Source of the DNA: Promethearchaeota archaeon
Lineage (GTDB): Archaea > Asgardarchaeota > Lokiarchaeia > Sigyniarchaeales > SOKP01
Direction of reading: 5' to 3'
NCBI GenBank assembly: GCA_020343655.1
Contig: CP070805.1
Coordinates: forward strand, 2,086,676-2,150,675
Length of the DNA stretch: 64,000 nucleotides
Shown: piece after piece, positions 40,746 through 50,156 of the stretch
How positions within the stretch are numbered: position 1 is the stretch's first letter
How the letters are laid out: each line of letters starts with the position of its first letter
Notes under the pieces: model-generated
The model's input: the letters and a program-made list of their open reading frames with translations, nothing else
Databases searched by the model: none
Told to the model about the DNA's origin: nothing
Made by a program: the position numbers and the translations under genes

Positions 40746-41636
40746 TTATAAATATTGAAAAACCACTTCAAAATCTGAAAAATCAAAGGGCTTCAAGATA
40801 TAACCGTCAGCTTTAGTCTCCCCCATTTTCTTCTCTACTTCAGATCCCGGTATGGCAGTCAATAAATAAATTGGTATTTCATTATACTTTTCATGATCTT
40901 TGATCATCTTGCAAATTTCATAGCCCGAAATATCTGGTAAGATGATATCTAATAATATAAGTTTAGGAACACCACCTCTCAATTCTTCTAAACCTTTTGA
41001 ACCGCTTACAACACCCTTACACTTGTATCCCTTACTTTCGAAGTAGCTGGTAAGTAAGCGGATTGTGGATAAATCATCTTCAATTAGAAGTATATCGTAT
41101 TGAAGATGAGGTTCTTCCACAGCAATATTATCTAAAATATTAATAATCTTATTTTCAAGAAGTAAACTCTGGTCGAAGATGTTCTTAATCGTCAACAACA
41201 CTTCTTCGTTTAAATCATCTTTATAATTTTCTAGAAGAAGTTGGCTAAATCCCTTTATTGTAGTAAGTGGTTCCTTTAATGCATGAGAAACATTAGAAAT
41301 TGTCTTTTCATCCATTCTGTTTAAACCATTACCAAAGAGATCTGATTTTTTTTCGATATAATAATCAACACTCTCTCTAATCAAAGCAGAAATCGTTGAA
41401 TATTGATGTGAGGCCTTAAAATCTTGCCAACGTTGTTTTTTTTCTTCAGATATATATAATGAAATTCTTTCTTTATCTCTATCATAAATTTTTTCACCTT
41501 TTAACCATTTTTTAAATCCTTCTGTAATAGTTCCTCGCCAAATTGCATATTTTTCAGTTTCATTTCGATATTCTTTCATCAAATTCTTAACTTCTTTACT
41601 TTCCAAATCTAGTTTAGCGATTTCCTCATCAGTCAA
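40746..41636 (-). CDS. Response-regulator receiver protein with RHH-like and HisKA-like (DHp) segments, no ATPase domain
   Basis: TTG start. RISLYISEEKKQRWQDFKASHQYSTISALIRESVDYYI is ribbon-helix-helix-like. VSHALKEPLTTIKGFSQLL is an H-box. The C-terminal REC domain has LLIEDD, LILLDIILPDISG, LTA and KPF motifs. Confidence 0.7.
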   Translation of the reverse strand: MTDEEIAKLDLESKEVKNLMKEYRNETEKYAIWRGTITEGFKKWLKGEKIYDRDKERISLYISEEKKQRWQDFKASHQYSTISALIRESVDYYIEKKSDLFGNGLNRMDEKTISNVSHALKEPLTTIKGFSQLLLENYKDDLNEEVLLTIKNIFDQSLLLENKIINILDNIAVEEPHLQYDILLIEDDLSTIRLLTSYFESKGYKCKGVVSGSKGLEELRGGVPKLILLDIILPDISGYEICKMIKDHEKYNEIPIYLLTAIPGSEVEKKMGETKADGYILKPFDFSDFEVVFQYL

Positions 41637-42240
41637 ACCTTTTCTTTTATTATTTAATTCTTTATCTTGCTCATTCCTTTTAGACTGATTGGTTTTGTTT
41701 GATATTTTTTCATCCCTCTTTTTTTTATCAGATATTAATTATTTTGTTAACATTCATGAATAGTTATACAAAATTCCTTGTAAAACTTAGATTTCATATA
41801 ACAACAGTATACAATATTGTGTAATTTTTTATCCATTGATAAATCTTTTTTATTATAAATTTATTGTATTATCGAGATTATGCTCAAATATTTTAAATAT
41901 CAATATGATATTCTTGGCATCATTAATACAAATTATAAGTTTTGCTTGAAACCAATATAAAAGAATAATTATTTAATTTTTTTTGATTTTTTTATTGGTT
42001 TGTAGATGCAAATATGTGTGTTAAAAAAATAAAAATTTAATTCTTTATTGTTCTATTATCCGACAAATTTGATAATTCTCACTCTTACCTATGATGGTTT
42101 TTACAACAATAACATATCTAGATATTATATAGATTTTATAAAAACTCTCTAATAATTTTTATTATCAAATTTTTTCACACAGGAAACTTAAACGTATATT
42201 TAAGCATAAGTAATGCATATTTGAAAAAATATTTATGACG

Positions 42241-42256
42241 AAAAGATTTAAATATG
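42241..42256 (+). promoter_or_regulatory. BRE/TATA-like element upstream of tfb
   Basis: AAAAGATTTAAATATG resembles the archaeal BRE plus TTTAAATA box. A second T/A box lies near 42340-42352, closer to the ATG. Confidence 0.3.
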
Positions 42257-42272
42257 TGCTTGCGAATTATAA

Positions 42273-42300
42273 TTACAACAAATAAAGGCTTTTACAACAA
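42273..42300 (+). promoter_or_regulatory. Direct repeat TTACAACAA x2 (third copy at 42101-42109) upstream of tfb
   Basis: Exact 9-mers lie at 42273-42281 and 42292-42300, 19 nt apart and 70-97 nt upstream of the TFB start. Confidence 0.3.
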
Positions 42301-42369
42301 AAAGAATTTTTTGTATATAGTGTGTGTTCAAAAAGCTAAAATTTTATATTTTTTTAAGGGTTATGGTTT

Positions 42370-43266
42370 ATGATTATTGAAATATCAACTCAAACAGGTT
42401 TTTGCCCTGAGTGTGGAGGTTCTACGATTGATATTCATCAAAGAGGGGAAATTGTTTGTCAGTATTGTGGTCTGGTAGTTTCTGAGAAGGCAGTAGACAT
42501 TACTCACAGTGGTATAAGGGCCTATTCGAAACAAGAGAAAGATAAAAAAGAAAGAACAGGATGTCCGATTTCAATTTTGATGCCCGATATTGGTCTTAGT
42601 ACAATTATTGATAGGACAAAAATAAAGAATCCTGATTTAAGGAGGGCAACAAAGTGGAATACCCATTTATCTTGGGAGAAGCGAAACATGCTTATTGCTA
42701 TAACGGAATTAAAGAGGATTGGTGGTAATTTGAATTTTCCAGAGAGAGTAAAGAAAGCAGCTGTTCGCCTATACAAAGAAGTATTTAAAAAGAATCTCTT
42801 AAGGGGCAGATCTATAAATGGCATGATTGCTGCGTGTGCATATTATGTATGCAAGCAAGAAAAAGTTCCTATTACTCTTCAAGAAATCTTAGATGAAGCC
42901 TCAATAAACGATAATATCGTGAAAAAATGTTATAAGATCTTAGTAAGAGAATTGAACTTAAAATCACCTCACATTGATCCTGTATCACTTATACCACGTT
43001 ATTGCGCAGATTTAGGTTTAGACATTAATGTAGAGAAGGAGGCAATAAAAGTATTAAAGAAATTCATTGAAAATATATCAATATGCGGGAAAGATCCAAA
43101 AGGGTTATGTGCGGGATCGATATATTTAGTATCAAAGCTGAAGAATCACAAGGTAAGTCAAAAAGATATTTCCAAAGTAATAGGAGTCACAGAGGTGACT
43201 CTTCGTTCAAGGTATAAGGAATTTCTACAAAATGTATCGTTTAATTTTAATGTTAACGTTCAATAG
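42370..43266 (+). CDS. tfb: Transcription initiation factor TFB (TFIIB homolog)
   Basis: Has an N-terminal zinc ribbon CPECGG...CQYCG followed by two cyclin-fold repeats (GRSINGMIAACAYYVC, GKDPKGLCAGSIYLV). Confidence 0.95.
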   Translation: MIIEISTQTGFCPECGGSTIDIHQRGEIVCQYCGLVVSEKAVDITHSGIRAYSKQEKDKKERTGCPISILMPDIGLSTIIDRTKIKNPDLRRATKWNTHLSWEKRNMLIAITELKRIGGNLNFPERVKKAAVRLYKEVFKKNLLRGRSINGMIAACAYYVCKQEKVPITLQEILDEASINDNIVKKCYKILVRELNLKSPHIDPVSLIPRYCADLGLDINVEKEAIKVLKKFIENISICGKDPKGLCAGSIYLVSKLKNHKVSQKDISKVIGVTEVTLRSRYKEFLQNVSFNFNVNVQ

Positions 43267-43535
43267 TCTACTTTTTTCTTTTCCATAATAATCTGTTAAG
43301 GGTTGAGAGGGCGCGATCTTATAGTTTCTTTTTTAACAACTATCAGAAATTGATATTCTCAGAAGTTTAAGTAAAAAGACCTAAATTTTAATAAATCTAT
43401 CAATTCTTCTAATACCATAGTAAATGCTGACTTGTTATTTTTAATCGTTTCTTATAATAAAGAAAAAGTAAGATTATTCACCAAAATAATAAACGTTAAT
43501 ATATCACTGTATATTAAAAATGTTTCTGCCCAATT

Positions 43536-43591
43536 TAGTGGTAAATTTATCATAAATAGTGGTAAATTTATGAAAATAGCGGTAAATTTGA
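43536..43591 (+). repeat. Three tandem copies of TAG(T/C)GGTAAATTT with 21- and 20-nt spacing
   Basis: Copies start at 43536, 43557 and 43577, just upstream of a TTTAAAAA box and the 43647 gene. Confidence 0.7.
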
Positions 43592-43646
43592 CACTAAAGT
43601 TTAAAAACTAGACCTCCTAAATTATGAAGTAGCATTTAAAATTAAA

Positions 43647-44084
43647 ATGGGAGTGTTGAAAATGGAATTAAAGTGTAGTGATTGTAGCTATGAGGAGATA
43701 ATTCCTGACAGTAGCCCTTGCCCTGGGGAATGTCCTCAATGTGGGTCAAAGAATATTAACGCTTATGTAGGCGATCGGATGAAATTATTGTGTAAAGATT
43801 GTAAACATGAGCAGATTGTAAGTCATAGGAATTTTGAAGATTGTCCTCATTGTGGTTCGAGTAATATAAAGATCCGTTTAACTTCAGATTATGGTATCAT
43901 AGGTATGTTAAAACTTCACCCCATGATAGTTGGTCCATGTATTGTGTGCTCTTTAATATGCGGAATCATAGCAACTGTTCTTGTTTTTCCATATTTCAAC
44001 CTGGGACTTTGGTTTTTAATTCCAATAGCATTTGGTGTGGGTTTTTTTATTCCGATTATTGAAGAGTTTTTTTTTAACTTATAA
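43647..44084 (+). CDS. Double zinc-ribbon membrane protein
   Basis: Contains CSDC...CPQCG and CKDC...CPHCG knuckle pairs followed by two or three hydrophobic helices. The start may be the ATG at 43662. Confidence 0.55.
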   Translation: MGVLKMELKCSDCSYEEIIPDSSPCPGECPQCGSKNINAYVGDRMKLLCKDCKHEQIVSHRNFEDCPHCGSSNIKIRLTSDYGIIGMLKLHPMIVGPCIVCSLICGIIATVLVFPYFNLGLWFLIPIAFGVGFFIPIIEEFFFNL

Positions 44085-44423
44085 CAAAGATGGTTCAAGC
44101 TTAGAGTATGAGGGTGAAAAATGAGGAGTGGATGAAAATAAGAATTATTAACTTCTTTATTTAACACCCTATTACACAAAATCAGCGTAGAGAAAGATGT
44201 TTGTTAACATGAAATACCTTGTAAGTCGTCATGTGAGTGTGAGAATAAGTCTTTTGCTCTCTGCTATATATAATGAATTTCCTATTTAAAACTTGCGTTA
44301 GCAGTGATTTTGTAAATTTTCTAGATTAACTTTTTTTATCACAATATTTAATAAAATATTAGATATCATCGAAATTATCAAGATAATGGAAGTGTATTCA
44401 CTAACCATCATTAATAAGTAAGA

Positions 44424-45152
44424 CTAGTTTTGGTGACCCGTTCTTCTTGCAGCTATTTGTCCGACTTTCCTACCTGGAGGAGCGTTGCGGGATGTCGTTG
44501 TTGGTTTATGTGGTGACTGTTTTGCCCCACCTCCATATGGATGGCTAACTGCATTTTGAGCAACTCCTCGCACCACAGGCCACTTTTTAGCCTTAGATTT
44601 TACGTAGTGGAACTTATTCCCAGCCTTAAGAAAAGGTTTATCTGTACGACCGCCTCCCGCGACAACCCCTACTGTTGCTAAACAGCTTCCATGAATCCAT
44701 TTTGTTTTTTTTGAGCGAAAGAGAAGTTCGACTTTGTTTCCTGATCGGTTTCTTACAATGGCAGCAACGCCTGAAGCGCGTGCGAATTTGCCACCATCTT
44801 GAGGTATGGCTTCAATATTGAATACTAATGTCCCTAACGGCATTTTTTTTAGTGGTAAGACATTTCCGACCTCCACTTTTTGCCCATACCCAGTTTTAGA
44901 TTGCAAAAATTCTTGTCCTACAAAAATTCCTTCTGGAGGTAGCCATAAACCTTTTTCACCATCATTGTATTGCACCCTCGCTACGGGAGCACCTCTTCCA
45001 GGAGAATGGATAAGGTCAATCACTTTAAATGTAAATAGATTCTCGCTCTTCTTAAATTTTTTATATTTTACTTCTCCTACATGTCTATGGCTTGGAGATC
45101 TAAAACCAAGAACGCCTCTGCCTTTCCTTTGGGCTAAAATTCGTTTTCCCAT
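44424..45152 (-). CDS. rpl2: Ribosomal protein L2 (uL2)
   Basis: Contains MGKRILAQRKGRG, GRGAPVARV and HPYGGG motifs. No other r-protein gene is adjacent. Confidence 0.95.
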   Translation of the reverse strand: MGKRILAQRKGRGVLGFRSPSHRHVGEVKYKKFKKSENLFTFKVIDLIHSPGRGAPVARVQYNDGEKGLWLPPEGIFVGQEFLQSKTGYGQKVEVGNVLPLKKMPLGTLVFNIEAIPQDGGKFARASGVAAIVRNRSGNKVELLFRSKKTKWIHGSCLATVGVVAGGGRTDKPFLKAGNKFHYVKSKAKKWPVVRGVAQNAVSHPYGGGAKQSPHKPTTTSRNAPPGRKVGQIAARRTGHQN

Positions 45153-45282
45153 TTACTTCACAATAATAACTGAATATAAACTTAAATTATGCAAACTTTA
45201 AAATTTTTATCATTTTCGTTGAAATTTAATAGAAGATTGAAAAATAAGGATTTTATATATAATGTGACATGATTTGAGTTGT

Positions 45283-46641
45283 TTAGAGCTTATTTTGTTT
45301 TAGTAATTCATCAATATTATAATTGAAGGCAATAGGAATTTCTCGCTCTAAAAACTCACCGGCAATATTTTGTAATAATAGACCTTTAATTTCTTCTGGA
45401 TTGCTAGTTTGACCTAGAACCCAACCAAGTTTAACGTATGCAACTTCTGGTAAAAGATTTCTTCCAGGAATGATGCCCATATTTTGCAATTCTCTTCCTG
45501 TCGAATAAACATTCATACCTACAAATCCATGGAGAGTTTGTGTTGTCATAAGAAGGGTGAGACCTTCCTGAACGGCTCTTTCTATTGAATCATAAAGAGT
45601 AGTTGGTAAATGTCCTAATCCAGTCCCGGCAAAAACGATTCCTTTATATCCTTTATCAGTATAAAAATCAATTAACTCATTGTCTATTTCAGGATAAGAA
45701 TAAATTAAAGCGATTTTCTTTTCGAAATTAGTTATTGCCACAGTATTTAATTTTGATCTTTTTCGATAATCTTGAGTAAACATTTTTATTTCTCTATTTT
45801 TTACCATTCCAAGAGGAATACTATTGATCGTTCGAAAAGTGTTTCTCACAGATGAATGCATTTTTCTTACTAAAGTACCTCGATGGATTAAACCATAATC
45901 ATGAGAAGTAGATCCTAGCATCGAAACAACCACTTCAGCGATATCTGAGGAACTTACTACAGCAGCATTAATTAAATTTAAAGCAGCATCAGAAGAAGGT
46001 CTATCAGAACTTCTTTGACTCCCAACTAATACTACAGGGATTGATAAATCTTTTAACATAAATGATAAAGCAGCACTGGTAAAAGACATTGTATCTGTAC
46101 CATGTCCAATCATAACACCACTAACTCCAGAATTCGCTGCTTCTGCGACTTTTTTCGCCAATTTTTGCCAATTTTCATATTTCATATTTTCTGACAAAAT
46201 CTCAAATATCATCTCGCATTCAAGATTACATACTTCTGCTAATTCTGGGACAGCGCTAAATAATTCTCCTGGTGTGAAAGAGGGGATTACGGCTCCTGTA
46301 GTATAATCTAATCTTGAAGCGACTGTTCCACCAGTTCCTAATAATTTAACTTTAGGGAGATTTTTGTTTATTGGAAACTCCTTTTCAGGAATTTTATAAG
46401 AAGCTTCTCTTTTACCAATTTTTATGATTTCTTGAATATCTGAAACTTTTATTCCAATGTTATAATTATTCTCTAATTTGATATTAATGAAATTTGGGGC
46501 TGAATATTCGCTTCTGGGTAAAATAATCCCTTCATAACTGGTTTTTTCTGTTTTAATTTGAATAATATCCCAAATTTCAATTTTATATTTTTCTAAGAGT
46601 TTTTTTCCCTCTGCTTTATAACCTTTTAATTTCTCATTCAT
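45283..46641 (-). CDS. gatD: Glu-tRNA(Gln) amidotransferase subunit D
   Basis: Has an asparaginase-like core with the motifs LGTGGTVASR and HGTDTM. It abuts gatE with no gap. Confidence 0.9.
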   Translation of the reverse strand: MNEKLKGYKAEGKKLLEKYKIEIWDIIQIKTEKTSYEGIILPRSEYSAPNFINIKLENNYNIGIKVSDIQEIIKIGKREASYKIPEKEFPINKNLPKVKLLGTGGTVASRLDYTTGAVIPSFTPGELFSAVPELAEVCNLECEMIFEILSENMKYENWQKLAKKVAEAANSGVSGVMIGHGTDTMSFTSAALSFMLKDLSIPVVLVGSQRSSDRPSSDAALNLINAAVVSSSDIAEVVVSMLGSTSHDYGLIHRGTLVRKMHSSVRNTFRTINSIPLGMVKNREIKMFTQDYRKRSKLNTVAITNFEKKIALIYSYPEIDNELIDFYTDKGYKGIVFAGTGLGHLPTTLYDSIERAVQEGLTLLMTTQTLHGFVGMNVYSTGRELQNMGIIPGRNLLPEVAYVKLGWVLGQTSNPEEIKGLLLQNIAGEFLEREIPIAFNYNIDELLKQNKL

Positions 46642-48567
46642 TTACTTCAACTCCTTTAGTTTTTCTTTTATTGAATTTTCTAACTCCTTAGAAACAACAG
46701 CACCATCAACTTTTCCACGTACTTTTTTCATAACTTCTCCCATTAAGGGCCCTTTTGCTCGCATTTCTTTTTCTTTTATTATTTTAGAGTTATTGTTTAC
46801 TAATTCGGTTATCAATTGTTTAAGATCATCTATGGAAATACTCTCGATTTTTAATTTCTTTCTAATTTGACCAATAGAGAGTTCTGGGGTATCGGCTTTT
46901 AGGCTCATTATTTCTTCAATTGCTTCTTTACTAATTTTTTTTTCTTTTAGAAGGTTAAAGATTTCCGCAAAATCGTTGTCAGTAATATTTTCGATGTTTT
47001 TCCCGTCCCTTCTAAGAGCAGTTGTTGTTTCAAGTAGAGTTGTGAAAACTAATGAAGGATTCTCTGGATACAATTTTATTAAATTATCAAATAACTTGAG
47101 TTTTCCCGTAAAAATTAAGTCTTTTATGAATCTTTCCTCAATTTTGTATTTTTTAGAATACTGTTTAATTGTTACCCAAGGATATTCTGGAAGATTTTTT
47201 CTAATTTCATTGATTTCTTCTTCGGTATTAAAAATAGCTTCAGTATCAGTATCAGGATATAACCTTGCTCCTCCATGAAGTTCTCTTAAAAATTCTGTAT
47301 TACCATTCTCTAGAGCTCTTCTAGTCTCGGGAGGGACCCCCTTAAAAGCAAACTTAACTCGATTAATTATGACATTCATTGCTTTATTCACTTCTTTCTT
47401 TGATCCTAAAACTAATACAAAACAATCATTTTCTTTCGATTCTAATTTCTCTTTGATTTTTTTAATATCATCATTTGAGAAATTATATGTACTTAAATCT
47501 TCATCTGAATGAATAATGCCTCTTAGGCCAGAAATCAATTTTACTTTGCTACTAACTTCAGTACCAAATCTATAGTCTTCCATTAATTCTTTTCCAAATA
47601 AGCCCTTAAATCCACTGAAATTAATCCCAAATAATAATTTTCCTGATTTAATACCTTTAGTTATAAAATTGGATTTGGTTTTAGCTAAAGAATCAGTTAA
47701 ATCTACAGGATTATCTGGAATAGCGCTTTCATCTAATTTTCTTTTTTCAAGTTCTTCTTTAATTTCAAGTAGTTTTAATTGTCGTGAGATTTCATGATTG
47801 ATTAAGACGGGGATCCATCCTAATTTTTGAACTCCTTTTATTTCAATCCTAGTCCCTGCTTCAATACTAACATTAACATCTTGTCTAATTGATCCGAGAA
47901 CTTTTTTTACGTTTGTTGACCATAATAGTAATCCTATTCGTTCAGCGCATTCTCGACATTCCTCTGGTGTATTTATATCCGGCTTTGTTGTGACCTCTAT
48001 TAATGGAATTCCTAAGCGATCTAAACGAAAAAAATTCACTTTATTTTCTGTTTTAATTTTTCTCGCAGCCTCTTCCTCTAAACTTAAGATATCTAATCGA
48101 ATTTTTTTACCACTTTCTAAAGTTATGTAGCCATCAGTTCCAAGTATCATTGTACGTTGAAACCCGCATGGAACACTTCCATCAAGGTAGTTTTTTCTAC
48201 AAACATGCATTTCTTCAATTATATTAGCATTTAGAAGCATGGCAATTTGTAAAGCAATCATTCTAGCTTCTAAATTGCAGGAAAAGGGAGGAGTATCATC
48301 GAGTTCATAAGTACATACTACATCATTATATCCTTCATATGTAATTCCCATTCCCTTTTCGTATTCTGTAAGCATTGCTTTATCAAAAGTACCCATTTCA
48401 CCTAAAACAGGTCGCATTTTTCGCCTTATTGTAAAATCTGGGGCTCTAGTTCCCTGTAGTTTCGCAGGGCATCTACAAAATAATTTTTTTTCCGTGTCAA
48501 GCTGTTGATGGATCTCAAGCCCGCATTTAAGCCCCATTTTTTCATAATCATATTGTTCCATATTCAA
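46642..48567 (-). CDS. gatE: Glu-tRNA(Gln) amidotransferase subunit E
   Basis: Has the GLKCGLEIHQQL N-terminus and a GatB/E-like core plus insertion domain. Length is 641 aa. Confidence 0.9.
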   Translation of the reverse strand: MNMEQYDYEKMGLKCGLEIHQQLDTEKKLFCRCPAKLQGTRAPDFTIRRKMRPVLGEMGTFDKAMLTEYEKGMGITYEGYNDVVCTYELDDTPPFSCNLEARMIALQIAMLLNANIIEEMHVCRKNYLDGSVPCGFQRTMILGTDGYITLESGKKIRLDILSLEEEAARKIKTENKVNFFRLDRLGIPLIEVTTKPDINTPEECRECAERIGLLLWSTNVKKVLGSIRQDVNVSIEAGTRIEIKGVQKLGWIPVLINHEISRQLKLLEIKEELEKRKLDESAIPDNPVDLTDSLAKTKSNFITKGIKSGKLLFGINFSGFKGLFGKELMEDYRFGTEVSSKVKLISGLRGIIHSDEDLSTYNFSNDDIKKIKEKLESKENDCFVLVLGSKKEVNKAMNVIINRVKFAFKGVPPETRRALENGNTEFLRELHGGARLYPDTDTEAIFNTEEEINEIRKNLPEYPWVTIKQYSKKYKIEERFIKDLIFTGKLKLFDNLIKLYPENPSLVFTTLLETTTALRRDGKNIENITDNDFAEIFNLLKEKKISKEAIEEIMSLKADTPELSIGQIRKKLKIESISIDDLKQLITELVNNNSKIIKEKEMRAKGPLMGEVMKKVRGKVDGAVVSKELENSIKEKLKELK

Positions 48568-48681
48568 TCGAATTTACATTTTTTTAAAGATTTGAACATA
48601 CAATAAATATTCAAGTAAGAAATGTTATAATTATTTTCAAAAAAATTTTGGGATATTTATTTTAAGAAAAATAAGAAATCA

Positions 48682-49779
48682 TTATAACGAAGTATTTATA
48701 GTTAATAATTTTAAGTAATAAAGTCCCTCTTTCTGAGAAATCTCAGTATAATTTGAAAGATAATTTAGTAGCAATTGTTTTTGTTCCAGATTTTTTTCGA
48801 TAGATTGTTCAACTTGAAAAGAGAGATCTTTTAAATTTTCAATTCTAATCCAATGTATTTTATTAAAAAACAATAATAATTTACTGAGAAAATCTTCCTT
48901 TGTTCCAAATTTCTGCAAATCTTTCTCGATACTTCTAATCCATTTGGTAAAAGCATTTTCACTCTTAAAACTTATAAATAAATCGTTGTCTTCTGCTAAA
49001 TTCATCCATAAATACTTATCTTTATCATCAAGCATTCTATTATAATTTACGATGTATTCTATATTTTCATTTAGCAATTTTATCCTTTCTTTCTTGGCTA
49101 ATTCTTTTTTAAACAGGAGATCTGTCTCTAATAAATCCAATCTACAATAATAGTCTGTAGGTGAATATATAAAATCAGTTACTTTTATTCCTAACATTCC
49201 AAGTACGGCTGCAAAGAATTTGCAATTTTCATAATGAAGATTTCTTTGTGTCCCAATAAATTCTAAAACTCCTTGCGCAGGTCTGTTATTTTCATCTGGA
49301 ATAATTTCCAAGTTCCATTCTTTAGAAATATTTGAAAGGTTAACTCTTGTTCTTAATCTTTCATATAATATTCTAAGATCATCATAATTCTGTGATCTAA
49401 ACTGTCTCTTCAAGAAATTTAAATAGGTTAATAGAAAACGAGTAGTAAATTCAAAAGAAAAGGGTGTATATCTATTAGACTCTGAAACCATTTCATAAAG
49501 TGGTATTGTGGCGCGGAAAGTGAATGGTTCAAAGAAATCTTTAACCTCTTTATCCTCTACTCTGGCAAAATCATCAAGAGTCTTACCCTTCTTAAATAAT
49601 TCCAATATATTCTCCATGATATAGTTATAAAAAGCTGATACGCTTTGAAATCTTTCATCATTAGGATTCTTTTTGTGATTGACATTTACATATCTTTTTA
49701 TCCAATCTTTGAGAGCAGGTGATATTGAAATCGTTTGTTGGCTAGTTTTCTTATCTGAAAGATATTTTTTAGAGGTCAT
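48682..49779 (-). CDS. Uncharacterised protein, paralog A (RHH-like N-terminus)
   Basis: QQTISISPALKDWIKRYV....RFQSVSAFYNYIMENIL looks like strand-helix-helix. The protein aligns along its whole length with ORF 50157..51242. Confidence 0.6.
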   Translation of the reverse strand: MTSKKYLSDKKTSQQTISISPALKDWIKRYVNVNHKKNPNDERFQSVSAFYNYIMENILELFKKGKTLDDFARVEDKEVKDFFEPFTFRATIPLYEMVSESNRYTPFSFEFTTRFLLTYLNFLKRQFRSQNYDDLRILYERLRTRVNLSNISKEWNLEIIPDENNRPAQGVLEFIGTQRNLHYENCKFFAAVLGMLGIKVTDFIYSPTDYYCRLDLLETDLLFKKELAKKERIKLLNENIEYIVNYNRMLDDKDKYLWMNLAEDNDLFISFKSENAFTKWIRSIEKDLQKFGTKEDFLSKLLLFFNKIHWIRIENLKDLSFQVEQSIEKNLEQKQLLLNYLSNYTEISQKEGLYYLKLLTINTSL

Positions 49780-50043
49780 AATTCCAAATATTTTACCTAA
49801 TTTTTAAATTTATAATAGTTGAGAAATTTAAAAATTTAAGAGTATTTCTGATAAAGAAGAAATTATATAATTAAAAAGATATTTATAAGATACGATTTTT
49901 TCTAATGATATATTTCCATTTCTATTCTACTTGTATATTCTTTTTAGGATTACCTATTATTAAAATTATAAGTTAGAAAAGTTAATATTAAGTTTTAAAT
50001 ATCCTCTTGAAAAATTATATTTGGGCAATTTTTAAAGATAAGA

Positions 50044-50134
50044 ACCAAGGGGATGACAGGAGAGCCTTGCCAGGAAGGTAAAAAGGGGAGAAAATCTATA
50101 GGGGCAAGGAGGGGGAGATCCTACCTTTTTTTTT
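50044..50134 (+). ncRNA. Candidate small structured RNA or regulatory element (G+C/purine-rich island ending in T9)
   Basis: About 54% G+C by hand count over ~82 nt, versus about 30% in the flanks. CCTTGCC (50065-50071) is complementary to GGCAAGG (50103-50109). Nine T residues occupy 50126-50134. The strand assignment is tentative. Confidence 0.25.
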
Positions 50135-50156
50135 CTTAATATTAAATTAGATATCC

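Noticed and set aside
43536-43591. Possible CRISPR-like array (repeated GGTAAATTT units)
   Set aside because: There are only three copies, the core is about 14 nt, and the spacers are 6-7 nt. There are no cas genes. It is far more consistent with tandem transcription-factor sites.
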